A DNA stretch of 56,318 nucleotides from Nitrososphaeraceae archaeon (GTDB lineage Archaea > Thermoproteota > Nitrososphaeria > Nitrososphaerales > Nitrososphaeraceae): positions 1 through 56,318 of the forward strand of contig JBIOZG010000011.1 in NCBI GenBank assembly GCA_044870765.1, written 5' to 3'. Positions within the stretch are counted from its first letter, which is position 1. Every line of letters begins with the position of its first letter. Under the pieces are notes generated by a model. It saw only the letters and a program-made list of their open reading frames with translations, was not told the origin of the DNA and ran no database searches. Below, piece by piece: positions 10,325 to 20,486 of this stretch. The translations under genes were made by a program, and so were the position numbers.

Positions 10325-12328
10325 GTGAATTATTATTTAATAATATTATTCTCTGTAGCGATTTTCCTATCTGCGATAGTTAATTTTAACATATACGGAT
10401 TTGAAGTATCAAAGATAAATTATATGAATGATAACAATGACTTTGGTTTCATTCCCATCAAGAGTAAGATTTTACCACAATATGACGGTTCTAATCCCCA
10501 AACAGAAACCAAAGTTAAACCAAAAACAGTCTCGGTGGCAGAAAATACTGTCAAGCCTAATGCAACAAGTGTAGTTGCTTATGCCGCGGGTGTAAAGATA
10601 TTGTCGCCGGGCAGTGGAAAGCAAATTCCTGTCGGAAATCTTACCATTTTTGGTATTTCGACAGATAACGAAAAATCCGATTGTACTGTTTCAGTTGATT
10701 GGAATAATCAAAAGCCATTCCAAAAAGCCAAGGCTACTGGACCATACGGAGAAGATGATTATTCATCATGGACATACACATATTCTACTTCATATCACAC
10801 AATAGAAAAGGGTCTGAATGATTTGACGTCAAAGCTCGAATGTCTGGAAAATTCCAAAGTAACCACAAAATGGCACAGTATCAATGTATCAGGTGTAGTT
10901 ACCAATGACTCAAATCTATCATCGGATCTGGTGTTTCATGACCCTCTTGGAATTCTCCCACAATTAAATAGCATATCGACTAAACCTTCAGTAGACACGT
11001 CTGTTATATCCAGTAATGTAACGGCACTAGCACCTTCGAAACTTTTTGCAAACATGGAACTATCCAAGAAGGTATTAGTTCCTGGAGAAATTCAAAACTT
11101 TACTATAAAGATTTCAGATTCAAATTCACAGCAAGTCGCAGCAGCGAATATTGGTGTTAAAATCATGCAAGGTACGAAAATATTAAACGAATATAATGGT
11201 ACTTCAGATACATCTGGTATGTTTACCCAGTCATGGAATTTGAATTCAGATATTCCATCTGGTAAGTACGATGTACTTGTTTCTGCGTCAGCTGATGGCT
11301 ATGTACCGGCCTCACTAGCGGGAAGTTTTCAAGTTCAAAGGCAGTTGTTAGTTGAAGCAAGTTTATTAAAGCGTCTCGTTATGCCTGGGGATCAACAAAC
11401 CATTGACATACAGGTTGTGGACGCCAATACTAAAGAATTAGTATCAGGTGCAAATGTTATGGCTAGAATTGGAGAAAAAAATGAATACAACGGTACTTCA
11501 GATATATCAGGTGCATATTCTCGCACGTGGAACATCACTTCTGATATTCCATCTGGTAACTACGATGTACTTGTTTCTGCGTCAGCTGATGGCTATGTAC
11601 CGGCCTCACTTACAGGAAGTTTTCAAGTTCAAAGGCAGTTGTTAGTGGAAGCCAGCCTATCAAAAGATCCCGTAATACCCGGAGAAGAACAAGCTATTAA
11701 CGTAAAGGTTGCGGACGCCAATACTAAAGATGCAATATCAGGTGCAAATGTGATGGGGAAGATTGAAGGAAAGAAGTTTTCGGCTACAACCGATGATCTT
11801 GGAGCTGTATCTTATTCATGGCATACTTCCCCTACAAGTGGTGGGAATAGCTTTCAAGTAGTTCTTGATGTTACATCTGATGGTTATCCTAAGGAAATGA
11901 AAACAGTGTCTTTCAAAATGGACAAACCACAAAATCTTTTGGAACCACCAATTAGCAATTACCAAAACAATGTTGTGAGAGTTAAGGACAGTAACAACGA
12001 CTTGAATAACAATTTGGAGTCTACGGGTGATTCTCCACAATGCATGAATCTTATTTCTAGTATTGGTTGCGATATTGAGGGTGATGATAAACCTGCAGCC
12101 ACTCCTGTTACTGATGATAAACCTGCCACTGATGATAAACCTGCCACTGATGATAAACCTGCCACTGATGATAAACCTGCAGCCACTCCTGTTACTGATG
12201 ATAAACCTGCAGCCACTCCTGTTACTGATGATAAACCTGCAGCCAATACTGATGTTGGAAATCTTCCATCCGGAGACAATCAGGACGAAAAAAGTGCTTA
12301 TGATTTCCTAGCATCGGCAACCAATTGA
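10325..12328 (+). CDS. Secreted multi-Ig-like-domain protein with internal duplication and repetitive acidic tail
   Basis: Signal peptide; domain shared with 7967..9244; three ~98-aa beta-sandwich repeats (PGE.Q....V.DAN.....GANV); TDDKPA repeats. Confidence 0.8.
   Translation: MNYYLIILFSVAIFLSAIVNFNIYGFEVSKINYMNDNNDFGFIPIKSKILPQYDGSNPQTETKVKPKTVSVAENTVKPNATSVVAYAAGVKILSPGSGKQIPVGNLTIFGISTDNEKSDCTVSVDWNNQKPFQKAKATGPYGEDDYSSWTYTYSTSYHTIEKGLNDLTSKLECLENSKVTTKWHSINVSGVVTNDSNLSSDLVFHDPLGILPQLNSISTKPSVDTSVISSNVTALAPSKLFANMELSKKVLVPGEIQNFTIKISDSNSQQVAAANIGVKIMQGTKILNEYNGTSDTSGMFTQSWNLNSDIPSGKYDVLVSASADGYVPASLAGSFQVQRQLLVEASLLKRLVMPGDQQTIDIQVVDANTKELVSGANVMARIGEKNEYNGTSDISGAYSRTWNITSDIPSGNYDVLVSASADGYVPASLTGSFQVQRQLLVEASLSKDPVIPGEEQAINVKVADANTKDAISGANVMGKIEGKKFSATTDDLGAVSYSWHTSPTSGGNSFQVVLDVTSDGYPKEMKTVSFKMDKPQNLLEPPISNYQNNVVRVKDSNNDLNNNLESTGDSPQCMNLISSIGCDIEGDDKPAATPVTDDKPATDDKPATDDKPATDDKPAATPVTDDKPAATPVTDDKPAANTDVGNLPSGDNQDEKSAYDFLASATN
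11249..11646 (+). repeat. Intragenic direct repeat: 11249-11352 vs 11543-11646 (104 bp, 4 mismatches, 294-bp period)
   Basis: gatattccatctggtaa...gcagttgttagt occurs twice; aligned by eye. Confidence 0.9.
12082..12245 (+). repeat. Mixed 30-bp/18-bp coding tandem repeat (DDKPAATPVT / DDKPAT)
   Basis: tgatgataaacctgcagccactcctgttac x1, tgatgataaacctgccac x3, the 30-mer x2, then a partial copy. Confidence 0.95.
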
Positions 12329-12579
12329 GGCAATCTTTAGAATAGAATTTCATATACACACATAGCTCATTTTTAGTAGAAACAAGGAATGCTTGATACA
12401 AAGCTAACATAAATTTTGTGAGTTCGAGTCTAAGTTAGATCCAGTTAACAATAACCAATCAAATTTGATGGGTAATTTGAAAATGGACTGGAGTCAAAGA
12501 GGGTCAAATGGAATCTTCCCACACTCAATGGATAAGAAATTATTTGTAATTCTAAGTCGAAGGATTCCTGAATTCTAAA

Positions 12580-13077
12580 TCAAGGAGATTTAGTAAATCT
12601 TTCAATAATATCCTTATGTTGTGGATATATTTCGGTCAGTTTTTTTCTGTTACCTATTTTCCAGTCTTTGTAGTCAAAACCAGGAGAAACGGTGCATCCT
12701 ACTAGTGAATATGATTTCTTTTTATTCACGGATGCTGCAAACCAACAATCTGACTTTACTGTTACTTGGAACTGCTCTCCGGCATCAAATTTTGGACCTA
12801 CAACAGATTTTTTCAATTTGCCTTTTGCATCTATTATATGAAGTGTTAAACTACTGCCTGAGTAGAAATGCCAAATTTCATCTGACTTCATAATATGAAA
12901 TGAGGCAAATTGTTTTCCAGTTAATAGATAATAAATTACTGTGCATGTAGACCTATGGCCAGTATATCCGGGTAAGTTAACGTTCCTATCAGATCTGTAT
13001 GTATTGGCATAATAACCACCTTCTGGATGTTTGTCAAGTTTGAGTTTCCTTATCCAAAATTTGGCAGGTTTATTCAA
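12580..13077 (-). CDS. Cupin domain protein (DUF985/Cupin_5 type)
   Basis: L.KHPEGGYY, T.IYYLL, H...SDEIWHFY.G, LVGCTVSPGFD. Confidence 0.9.
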   Translation of the reverse strand: MNKPAKFWIRKLKLDKHPEGGYYANTYRSDRNVNLPGYTGHRSTCTVIYYLLTGKQFASFHIMKSDEIWHFYSGSSLTLHIIDAKGKLKKSVVGPKFDAGEQFQVTVKSDCWFAASVNKKKSYSLVGCTVSPGFDYKDWKIGNRKKLTEIYPQHKDIIERFTKSP

Positions 13078-13414
13078 GATATGGGAAGGATTAACAGTTC
13101 TAACTTAATCCAGTATCTTTAGATTTTTTGACCAAGTCTCTTTTTCACGTTTACCTGTATTATACAATGAACTATAGGGTTTTTATCTCACACCGAAACT
13201 ATAGAATAAAAGGTTCAAAATTTAATTTTGTATCCGATCTCGATGGACCTCACATGATATTCTTCCGAACAATAGTCTATCTCATTATTCGGAATCAGGT
13301 TTTGATGAATTTATATATCTGTTTAAATCTCAGATCGTGTCATATTCCTTGATTTAAGGACAAGGAGATTCTTAAAGGAAAATATTATATAACTTAGATG
13401 TAGAATATAGACAA

Positions 13415-13732
13415 TTGATAATGGCAATACAAATTATATTACTAGCGTTTATGATTACACTCTCTGCTACTTTAACGCAAGTCACTTTTGCGGATGCAGG
13501 CGATCAAAGTAATTCAACTGGTAGCGGAGTATCTGATAAAAACAAAGATGTATTTGCGTTATTACAACTTGAAAAAGACGTATCAAAACACGAAGGTTCC
13601 TTGAAAGAGTTACATTCTGGTAGCAAGAGCCCATTCGATTTGTTAGGCGAAGTAAAAGATGAAGGAAAATTCACGCCAGAATCTGGGAGTTTTCTACCTG
13701 AATTCGATGATACCCAAAAAGATAACAAATGA
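13415..13732 (+). CDS. Small secreted hypothetical protein
   Basis: Hydrophobic signal peptide ending TFA-D, polar remainder; AT-rich TATA-like sequence upstream. Confidence 0.6.
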   Translation: MIMAIQIILLAFMITLSATLTQVTFADAGDQSNSTGSGVSDKNKDVFALLQLEKDVSKHEGSLKELHSGSKSPFDLLGEVKDEGKFTPESGSFLPEFDDTQKDNK

Positions 13733-14011
13733 TGAAAATATTTTTTCTTACCGGGAACATTGCATCAAATATCAGTATTTTATGTCATTTATGTTGTCTA
13801 GTGAAACTATCTATACCACGTTGCATCTAGTAGTATTTTTTCTTCTATATGCGAGACCCAGCACACCACAAATGATGTCCCATTTAGTCAACTGGCTCCT
13901 ATAATTGTCTGGACTCTAGTTTTTAAAAATATCTTTGTTACAGTAATTTCTAATAGAACCGGAAATCAGAAAACATTTATTAAATCAACATAAATCAAAG
14001 TCGTAATTATC

Positions 14012-15796
14012 TTGTCAATTAATAAATTTAGAAATATAGGCTATATTATAGGTTTTGTAACAATAGTTCTAGTTTTTTCATCAAATTTGATAATAAATCA
14101 AAATCATTTATTGGCCAACTCTCTGCTAAACAAGGGTTCTTTTGAACAATCAGATAGATATGAGATAATACCTATCAAGGATAAAGAGCGAGACGTCGGA
14201 ATATCGAGCCTTACTTCTAATCCAAATCTTGAGGAACTGAAAAACAACCTGTGCAAAAGTAATGTTTTCGACAATCTAGGAATTCCTCTGTGTAATCCTT
14301 TAGACAATAAGAAAGAAAGATCTACCAATGATAATAATGATGGTAATGATCATACCAGCAAGAAAGAAGAAAAGAAACTCTTAGAACAACAACAAGAACA
14401 ACAGCATAAAGAAGAAGAAGACAAGGCTAATGAGCAAAACAACAACAATGATAATAATGATGGTAATGTAGACAAGAGCCTTGGAATTGCAGGATTAAAC
14501 TTGAATATTGAAAGTAAAGGAGCCGGCTTGAACAAGAAAATAGACAAATTGAAGGATAAGATATTCGGAGAAGATAATCAGTACTTGTCGGAACAACAAC
14601 AAGGAAAGAGATTTAATGATAAAAACGGCAAAAACGAAAACAATGATGGCGAGAACCTTGACATTTCTGGATTAGATCTGAAAGTTCAGAAAATTAATGC
14701 TAACTTGGAAAAGAAAATTGAAAAATTAAAAGACAAAATTGAAAATGACAAGGATAACCAACGCCTGATAGATCAGAGACAAGAGACCGAGGCTAAAGAC
14801 GATGATGAGGATGGTGATAAAGATGATGGTGATACCAAAGAAGGAGATGGTGAAACTTATGAAGGCTATCGTTTCAATGGAGATAATGACAATGGTAATG
14901 ACAATGGTAATGACAATGGTAATGACAATAATAACTTTAATTTTGCTGCAGCAGGTGATTTTGGATGTTCTAAAAATACACAAAACACTGTAGCAAATAT
15001 GGAGAATAAAGATCCCGAATTAGTTCTAGCGTTGGGAGATCTCTCATATCATAGTACTGCCGACTGTTGGTTTGACACTATGAGCCCTCTTAAAGGCAAG
15101 ATGATGATTACGTTGGGATATCATGATATTAAAGATGGAGAATCAAAAATGAATCAGTATGTAAAGGGCTTTGAATTGGACAAACCATACTATTCTTATG
15201 ATTACAAACATGTTCATTTCCTTGTCATGGCTTCATTGTCCGATTATAAAGAAGGCTCCGAGCAATACAATTTTATCAAACAAGATCTTGAAAAGGCATC
15301 TCAAAATGAAGATACTAATTGGATAATTGTAAGTACCTATAAACCACTTTATTCATCACCCTCAGAACATCCGGCAGAAGAATCGTTAAGGGATACTTAC
15401 AATCCACTTTTCGAAAAATATGGGGTTGATCTAGTATTAAATGGACATAACCACAATTATCAGAGAACTTATCCTTTGACATACAATCCCAATGAAAGTG
15501 CAAAGCCAACAACGACTAGTGAACTTAGTACAGGATACAACAGAGGTAATGATGGTATCGTTTTTACTACTGTGGGAACAGGAGGAGTAAACTTCTATTC
15601 CTTGGAGGGTAAAAATCCTTATGTTGCTAACCAATTTGCGGGGAAATTCGGGTTTTTGGATATAGATATTAGTAACGGAAATCCTCACACAAAGTTGACT
15701 GGAACCTTCTATGATAATAAGGGCAGTGAAATAGCAGATGAATTTACAATTGAAAAAGAAATAAAAAATAAAAAGAGCGATGTATTTTACAGTTAA
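14012..15796 (+). CDS. Secreted metallophosphoesterase (purple acid phosphatase-like) with low-complexity N-terminal half
   Basis: GDFG, GDLSY, GYHD (variant of GNHD), GHNHNYQR, GTGG motifs. Confidence 0.85.
   Translation: MSINKFRNIGYIIGFVTIVLVFSSNLIINQNHLLANSLLNKGSFEQSDRYEIIPIKDKERDVGISSLTSNPNLEELKNNLCKSNVFDNLGIPLCNPLDNKKERSTNDNNDGNDHTSKKEEKKLLEQQQEQQHKEEEDKANEQNNNNDNNDGNVDKSLGIAGLNLNIESKGAGLNKKIDKLKDKIFGEDNQYLSEQQQGKRFNDKNGKNENNDGENLDISGLDLKVQKINANLEKKIEKLKDKIENDKDNQRLIDQRQETEAKDDDEDGDKDDGDTKEGDGETYEGYRFNGDNDNGNDNGNDNGNDNNNFNFAAAGDFGCSKNTQNTVANMENKDPELVLALGDLSYHSTADCWFDTMSPLKGKMMITLGYHDIKDGESKMNQYVKGFELDKPYYSYDYKHVHFLVMASLSDYKEGSEQYNFIKQDLEKASQNEDTNWIIVSTYKPLYSSPSEHPAEESLRDTYNPLFEKYGVDLVLNGHNHNYQRTYPLTYNPNESAKPTTTSELSTGYNRGNDGIVFTTVGTGGVNFYSLEGKNPYVANQFAGKFGFLDIDISNGNPHTKLTGTFYDNKGSEIADEFTIEKEIKNKKSDVFYS
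14885..14929 (+). repeat. 12-bp coding tandem repeat (NDNG) x3.75
   Basis: aatgacaatggt repeated. Confidence 0.9.
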
Positions 15797-15953
15797 GCCG
15801 CCTACTACTCATATCAATGAAATAATTCTTCAAATTCTAATCAACTAGTTATTGCAATAGCGCCGATATAAAAATCACAAACTAAAAAAATAACTTGAAA
15901 TGTCCACAATGAGAGTAAGATCTCTAGTGAACTTTCAAGACAAAAATAAATTT

Positions 15954-16577
15954 CTATTTCTTAGCCTTATCAAATCTTTCAGAAACGTCTTGCCAATTTA
16001 TTACATTCCACCAAGCAGATATGTAGTCTGGTCTTTTGTTCTGGTACTTGAGATAATAAGCATGTTCCCATACATCACATCCCAAAAGTGGTATCAAACC
16101 CTCAGTTCGCGGACTTGTTTGATTTGGCATTGATTTGTACTCTACTTTCTTACTTGACGGATTATATACGAGCCATCCCCATCCGCTACCTTGGATCAAT
16201 ACGGTGCTGGAAGAGAATTTTTCTTTGAAAGCAGAAAAGCTTCCAAAGGAATCGTTTATTGCAGCTGCAATAGATCCACTCGCTTCACCTCCACCATTTG
16301 CTTTCATGTTCTGCCAAAATATCCGATGGTTATCAAATCCTCCTCCATTAAAATTGATAGCACTTTTTTGATCTGCCGGTACTTGATCGATGTTAGACAA
16401 TATTTCAACTATATCCTTATTCTGAATATCGGATGGACATTTATCAAGAGCGGCATTGAGCTTATCAGTATAAGTCTGATGATGTTTTGTATGATGTATT
16501 TCCATCGTCCTTGCGTCAATATTTGGTTCTAACGCATCGTAACTATATGGTAACGGAGGTAATTCATATTTTCCCAT
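15954..16577 (-). CDS. sod: Fe/Mn superoxide dismutase
   Basis: LPPLPY.YDALEP, HHTKHH, NH..FW, GSGWGWL, DVWEHAYY. Confidence 0.97.
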   Translation of the reverse strand: MGKYELPPLPYSYDALEPNIDARTMEIHHTKHHQTYTDKLNAALDKCPSDIQNKDIVEILSNIDQVPADQKSAINFNGGGFDNHRIFWQNMKANGGGEASGSIAAAINDSFGSFSAFKEKFSSSTVLIQGSGWGWLVYNPSSKKVEYKSMPNQTSPRTEGLIPLLGCDVWEHAYYLKYQNKRPDYISAWWNVINWQDVSERFDKAKK

Positions 16578-16770
16578 ATGTCTATTTTTTCTTTGTAATT
16601 ATTAACTTTTACGTTATGAAAAATATTCATCCCCTTAGAAAATGAAGTAAAAAAAATATAATATTTATGAAATAATTTTACACCATGTCAATATTCATGT
16701 TATCGATCAAGAATTGTACTATTATTTAATAATGATGTCGTTGTATTGACTGTTTGTCTACATTAAAGTT

Positions 16771-17109
16771 CTAGTCGCTGGCTCCATCATCATCAGATTC
16801 ATCATTTGATGTAGATTCTGAAGGAGGGGGTGGTGGTACTGGCTCATCTTCTGTTTGATTAGTTTCAGCAAGAGATCTACTGAGAGAAGCAAATGAAGTC
16901 TCATTCTCAAATGCTGGAGTTTCAACATCAGATTCATCCGATGATGTAGCATTAGCTATCGTATTGTTTACTTGTGAACTATTTGATATCGAGTTATCTG
17001 ACTGGGAAGACGAATTTGTCGCAAACGTTGGAAATACAATCAATGAGAATGCAACTAACATGATAAAAAAACTCATTCGGACATAAATCATCAAGTTATC
17101 AATATTCAT
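16771..17109 (-). CDS. Small secreted acidic/Pro-rich hypothetical protein
   Basis: Signal-like hydrophobic stretch, then S/E/D-rich tail with PPPPP. Confidence 0.6.
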   Translation of the reverse strand: MNIDNLMIYVRMSFFIMLVAFSLIVFPTFATNSSSQSDNSISNSSQVNNTIANATSSDESDVETPAFENETSFASLSRSLAETNQTEDEPVPPPPPSESTSNDESDDDGASD

Positions 17110-17479
17110 ATGAAATACTATAAATATAAAGTAGACTATTTCCCCCTCTATTTGATTTATATAAGCATAATAAAAGAACGAAAGTGGTTGTTCTCAAATC
17201 TTTCATAGGATAGTCAAGAATCAACGGAGCCTTTTATCCAATGATTTAATTCAGATATTTTTAGGTCATTCGCATATAATATAAAATAAAATAATACATG
17301 TTTAACAATAAAGAAAAATCCAGTTGCAAAGCAAATCTCACACGATGTTCATGAGTTGATATATCAGTATAACCATGGATTATCCAAAAGGTTCGGAGCG
17401 AAATAAAGTTACTTGAAAAGTAACAACATATTATTATCTGGAATCTCTGCAGCCAAATTTGGACGTTTGTATTTTAGCA

Positions 17480-18001
17480 TCAGACTTCATCTTTCAATGT
17501 TTTAAGCACATTAGAGTTAGGATCAACCGGATCCATTTGTTCATTTAAATAATCGATAAAGTTTGTGGCAGTCACTATCCCTACTGTTTTGTTTCCATCT
17601 ACAACAATAAGATGTCTTACCTTTTTTTGTAACATCAAGTTTGCTGCTATTTCAATAGATGAATTAGGGTTAATTGTTAATAATGGGGATGTCATAAGAT
17701 GAAGTATCTTGAATTCTTTACTCAAGACATCATGAATGCATACTCCTCTAGTTATATCCCGTTCAGTAACGATACCCATTGATTTTCCTTCTTCATCGAC
17801 TACTAGCAGTGAACTTACATTCTTGTTTAACATCTTCCTTGCAGCTTCTTTGGCATTTTGCGATGTTTGAATAATCTCTATTTTGGTTGTCATTATATCG
17901 CTTACTTGCTTTGACACAGCAGTTTGTAACGCTAGAGTTTTATATATTTTAATTCTGCACCGGTCCCCTACTTTAGCTAGATTCCTATTTGGCGAAATCA
18001 A
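17480..18001 (-). CDS. CBS-domain pair protein (true start probably downstream)
   Basis: VSDIMT...AA..M....VSSLLVVD...GIVTERDI and a second CBS repeat. Confidence 0.88.
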   Translation of the reverse strand: MISPNRNLAKVGDRCRIKIYKTLALQTAVSKQVSDIMTTKIEIIQTSQNAKEAARKMLNKNVSSLLVVDEEGKSMGIVTERDITRGVCIHDVLSKEFKILHLMTSPLLTINPNSSIEIAANLMLQKKVRHLIVVDGNKTVGIVTATNFIDYLNEQMDPVDPNSNVLKTLKDEV

Positions 18002-18243
18002 AAGGAAGATTTGTTTACCCTTTATCTATCAATTTCGATTCAAATCCAATTGCGATGCTTTTAGGTTGCAAATTTACCTCAATGGGAGCCGAACGAGTCA
18101 AATTATATTATACAATGTATTTTGTTTGCGTTCTTTGCTCAATATATATGAGTCTTGCAACTTTCTAGTCATAATTATAAATTTTATTATTGACTGACAA
18201 AATTTAATAATGATCGACACGTCATTTAGTTAACTTAGTCAAT

Positions 18244-19218
18244 TTGGATAACAGTAATACAGAAGAAACAGATAGTTCCAGTTCTGCGGATTCAGATCCG
18301 CCTAGTTCAAAAGAAAACAAGTCTTTTCCTGGTCTAGTGAATGAAGGAATTGTCGCCGGTCAACGAATAGCGAAGATTTCTGTAATAACACTAGTCGGAA
18401 TAGGGATTGTAGAACTAATTATGGGTCACATTAGCGGGAGTGTAGTGGCCACTGCCGATGGAGTAGATTCCATGTCCGATGCTATGATATCTCTTATTGT
18501 ATTGATAGGTTTGACATTTGCCCGCAGACCCGCCGATAGGAAGTTCCATTTTGGATATCATAAGGTAGAAAGCTTTGCTGCACTTATCGCTGCAATGGGA
18601 ATGATTGCCATAGGAACATTCATAGTTTATCACTCTTACGAAGGACTCATCAACCCTAAAGAAATCCAACAGCCTATTGCTACGATGATTGTGCTTGGAA
18701 TTGCCGGTGCCATTTCACTGCACAGGGCTTTTCAGATGCGCCGCATAGCCAACAAATATAATTTGCTTTCTTTGAAGACAGACGCAAAGAATTCTATCAA
18801 AGATGGTTCTGCGTCTGTTTTAGGTTTCTTAAGCGTATTGATAGCAACACAATTTGGATTTCTACAAGCCGATGCTATTGGAGGGCTGGTAATTGCCGGA
18901 TTTATATTCTCTGTAGCATATGTTTCATTAAAACAGTCGTCGCTAATACTCGTTGATGCTTGGCAAAATCCAGTGAGTACACAATATATGAAAAAACTAG
19001 TCGAGCAAAAATTCAATGGTGATGTGAACGTAAGGTCTATCAAACTCCGTCAGACAGGTGCGATTTCACGGGCTGAGATCCATCTCGAAATAGATGGCAG
19101 CAAACCACTGAATGAAGTAGAAATGTTGTTACTAAATACAGAGATGACAGTGAAATCAAGTTTTCCTGGTATGGGTGCGGTTGTAGTCATTCCTCATTCC
19201 AAACTCAGAAAATTCTGA
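18244..19218 (+). CDS. Cation diffusion facilitator (FieF-like) transporter
   Basis: SGSVVATADGVDSMSD, PAD..HFGY.KVE, DA.N...D, 6 TM helices and a C-terminal dimerisation domain. Confidence 0.9.
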   Translation: MDNSNTEETDSSSSADSDPPSSKENKSFPGLVNEGIVAGQRIAKISVITLVGIGIVELIMGHISGSVVATADGVDSMSDAMISLIVLIGLTFARRPADRKFHFGYHKVESFAALIAAMGMIAIGTFIVYHSYEGLINPKEIQQPIATMIVLGIAGAISLHRAFQMRRIANKYNLLSLKTDAKNSIKDGSASVLGFLSVLIATQFGFLQADAIGGLVIAGFIFSVAYVSLKQSSLILVDAWQNPVSTQYMKKLVEQKFNGDVNVRSIKLRQTGAISRAEIHLEIDGSKPLNEVEMLLLNTEMTVKSSFPGMGAVVVIPHSKLRKF

Positions 19219-19323
19219 TTTCAGCTATTATCTTTCTTACGAATTTTCCCGATGTCTGGATTACCCCTAGCGCTCTAGTTTTATAACCTGTCTTCTCAAT
19301 TTATACCTGATTTACGTGGTAGT

Positions 19324-19515
19324 CTAATCGAAGTTGGCCTTTACAACTGTGTAAGCTAGCCCTTCTTCGTAAAGGCCTTTTGATACTGCCTTGACAATTC
19401 CTTGCTCTACATCTTTTAATCTATCTTTATCTGAAAGAATATCTTCAGGGATTTCTATCTTATCTCCATTTTAAGTGATAATTCTCTGCTTTTTACCAAT
19501 AGTCTAATATGTCAA
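19324..19515 (-). pseudogene. Possible small-protein pseudogene (64 codons, two in-frame stops)
   Basis: Translates MTY*TIGKKQRIIT*NGDKIEIPEDILSDKDRLKDVEQGIVKAVSKGLYEEGLAYTVVKANFD*; protein-like composition, co-oriented just downstream of 19548..19811. Confidence 0.35.
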
Positions 19516-19547
19516 TTAAACTTTAACAGTAAAGCCGATCTTGAGTA

Positions 19548-19811
19548 TCACTTTATTGTGAACGTTATCTCTAGACCTTTGTTTTTTGAATACCTATACC
19601 TAAATGTGTTGTTAGACGTTATGGGAAAACTGCTCAATTGATCTTGCTTGCACATGGGACAACTATATTCTACCTCAGATATTTCTGACAATTCTTCCAG
19701 ATATTTCTTGTTAATACAAGTCACGGCCCACAGACACTGGTCACATAATAGAAATATTCTTTCGCCAATTTTATGACTCAATGTATTCATAAGAGGTTCA
19801 GTCCCAACCAT
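19548..19811 (-). CDS. Small putative Zn-binding protein (CxxC...CxxC)
   Basis: LCDQCLW...CPMC...LSSFPI. Confidence 0.65.
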   Translation of the reverse strand: MVGTEPLMNTLSHKIGERIFLLCDQCLWAVTCINKKYLEELSEISEVEYSCPMCKQDQLSSFPITSNNTFRYRYSKNKGLEITFTIK

Positions 19812-20486
19812 CAGATTACGTGACTATCTTGGGTATTATTTAGCTTTCTCTTGAAATTTTTATGATTGCCCTGATACAGAATCCCAAGTCGATTTCCAGT
19901 CTTGATTTAAAAGTATTCGTTTATTTTCTACTTTTCATGGAATAAATATCCAAAAAATGGAAGGAGCATCTCATACGACGAAATTAAATATCAAGTAAAA
20001 ATCGCGCAGATTTTTCTCAATTTTGGATATAGTGTAAAAATCTTTTTACTAGATTTTACTGCTAAATTGTCAATTGAAATGAAAATGAAGTTAGTGCGAA
20101 CTCTTAATCCTCTGCTGATATTAGACCAAGAAATTCACTTGCTTGATTAAAGGTAGTTACTTGCGGGAAGTATATATCTACTATTGCTTCCGTGCAGTCG
20201 AATCGCTGAATTACTCTGTACTAGTAACCATACTTATTTCCTTATCTTGAATTCCAGAATGATCTATCTGTCTGTCTCTACGATAATGTCCTTTATCACC
20301 GAACGCTTCATTTAAGGGCCGCTAGTCTGTGTGTATCAGCATCATTTAGACTTCATGCAGCCAAGAAATTTAATTCTGCCCCCTAGACTAATCTCCTCAT
20401 TTTTCTACATTATTGCCAATAGATTCATGCATCATTCGATTGGTGTACCACAATACTATTATCATGCTGACTACTAAAAATTCAAA

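Noticed and set aside
12082-12245. Tandem repeats as a CRISPR array
   Set aside because: In-frame coding repeats with no unique spacers and no cas genes.
13128-13352. 74-aa ORF, and similar short ORFs at 13659..13904, 28673..28894 and 51929..52180
   Set aside because: No recognisable motifs, atypical composition and weak starts; not supportable.
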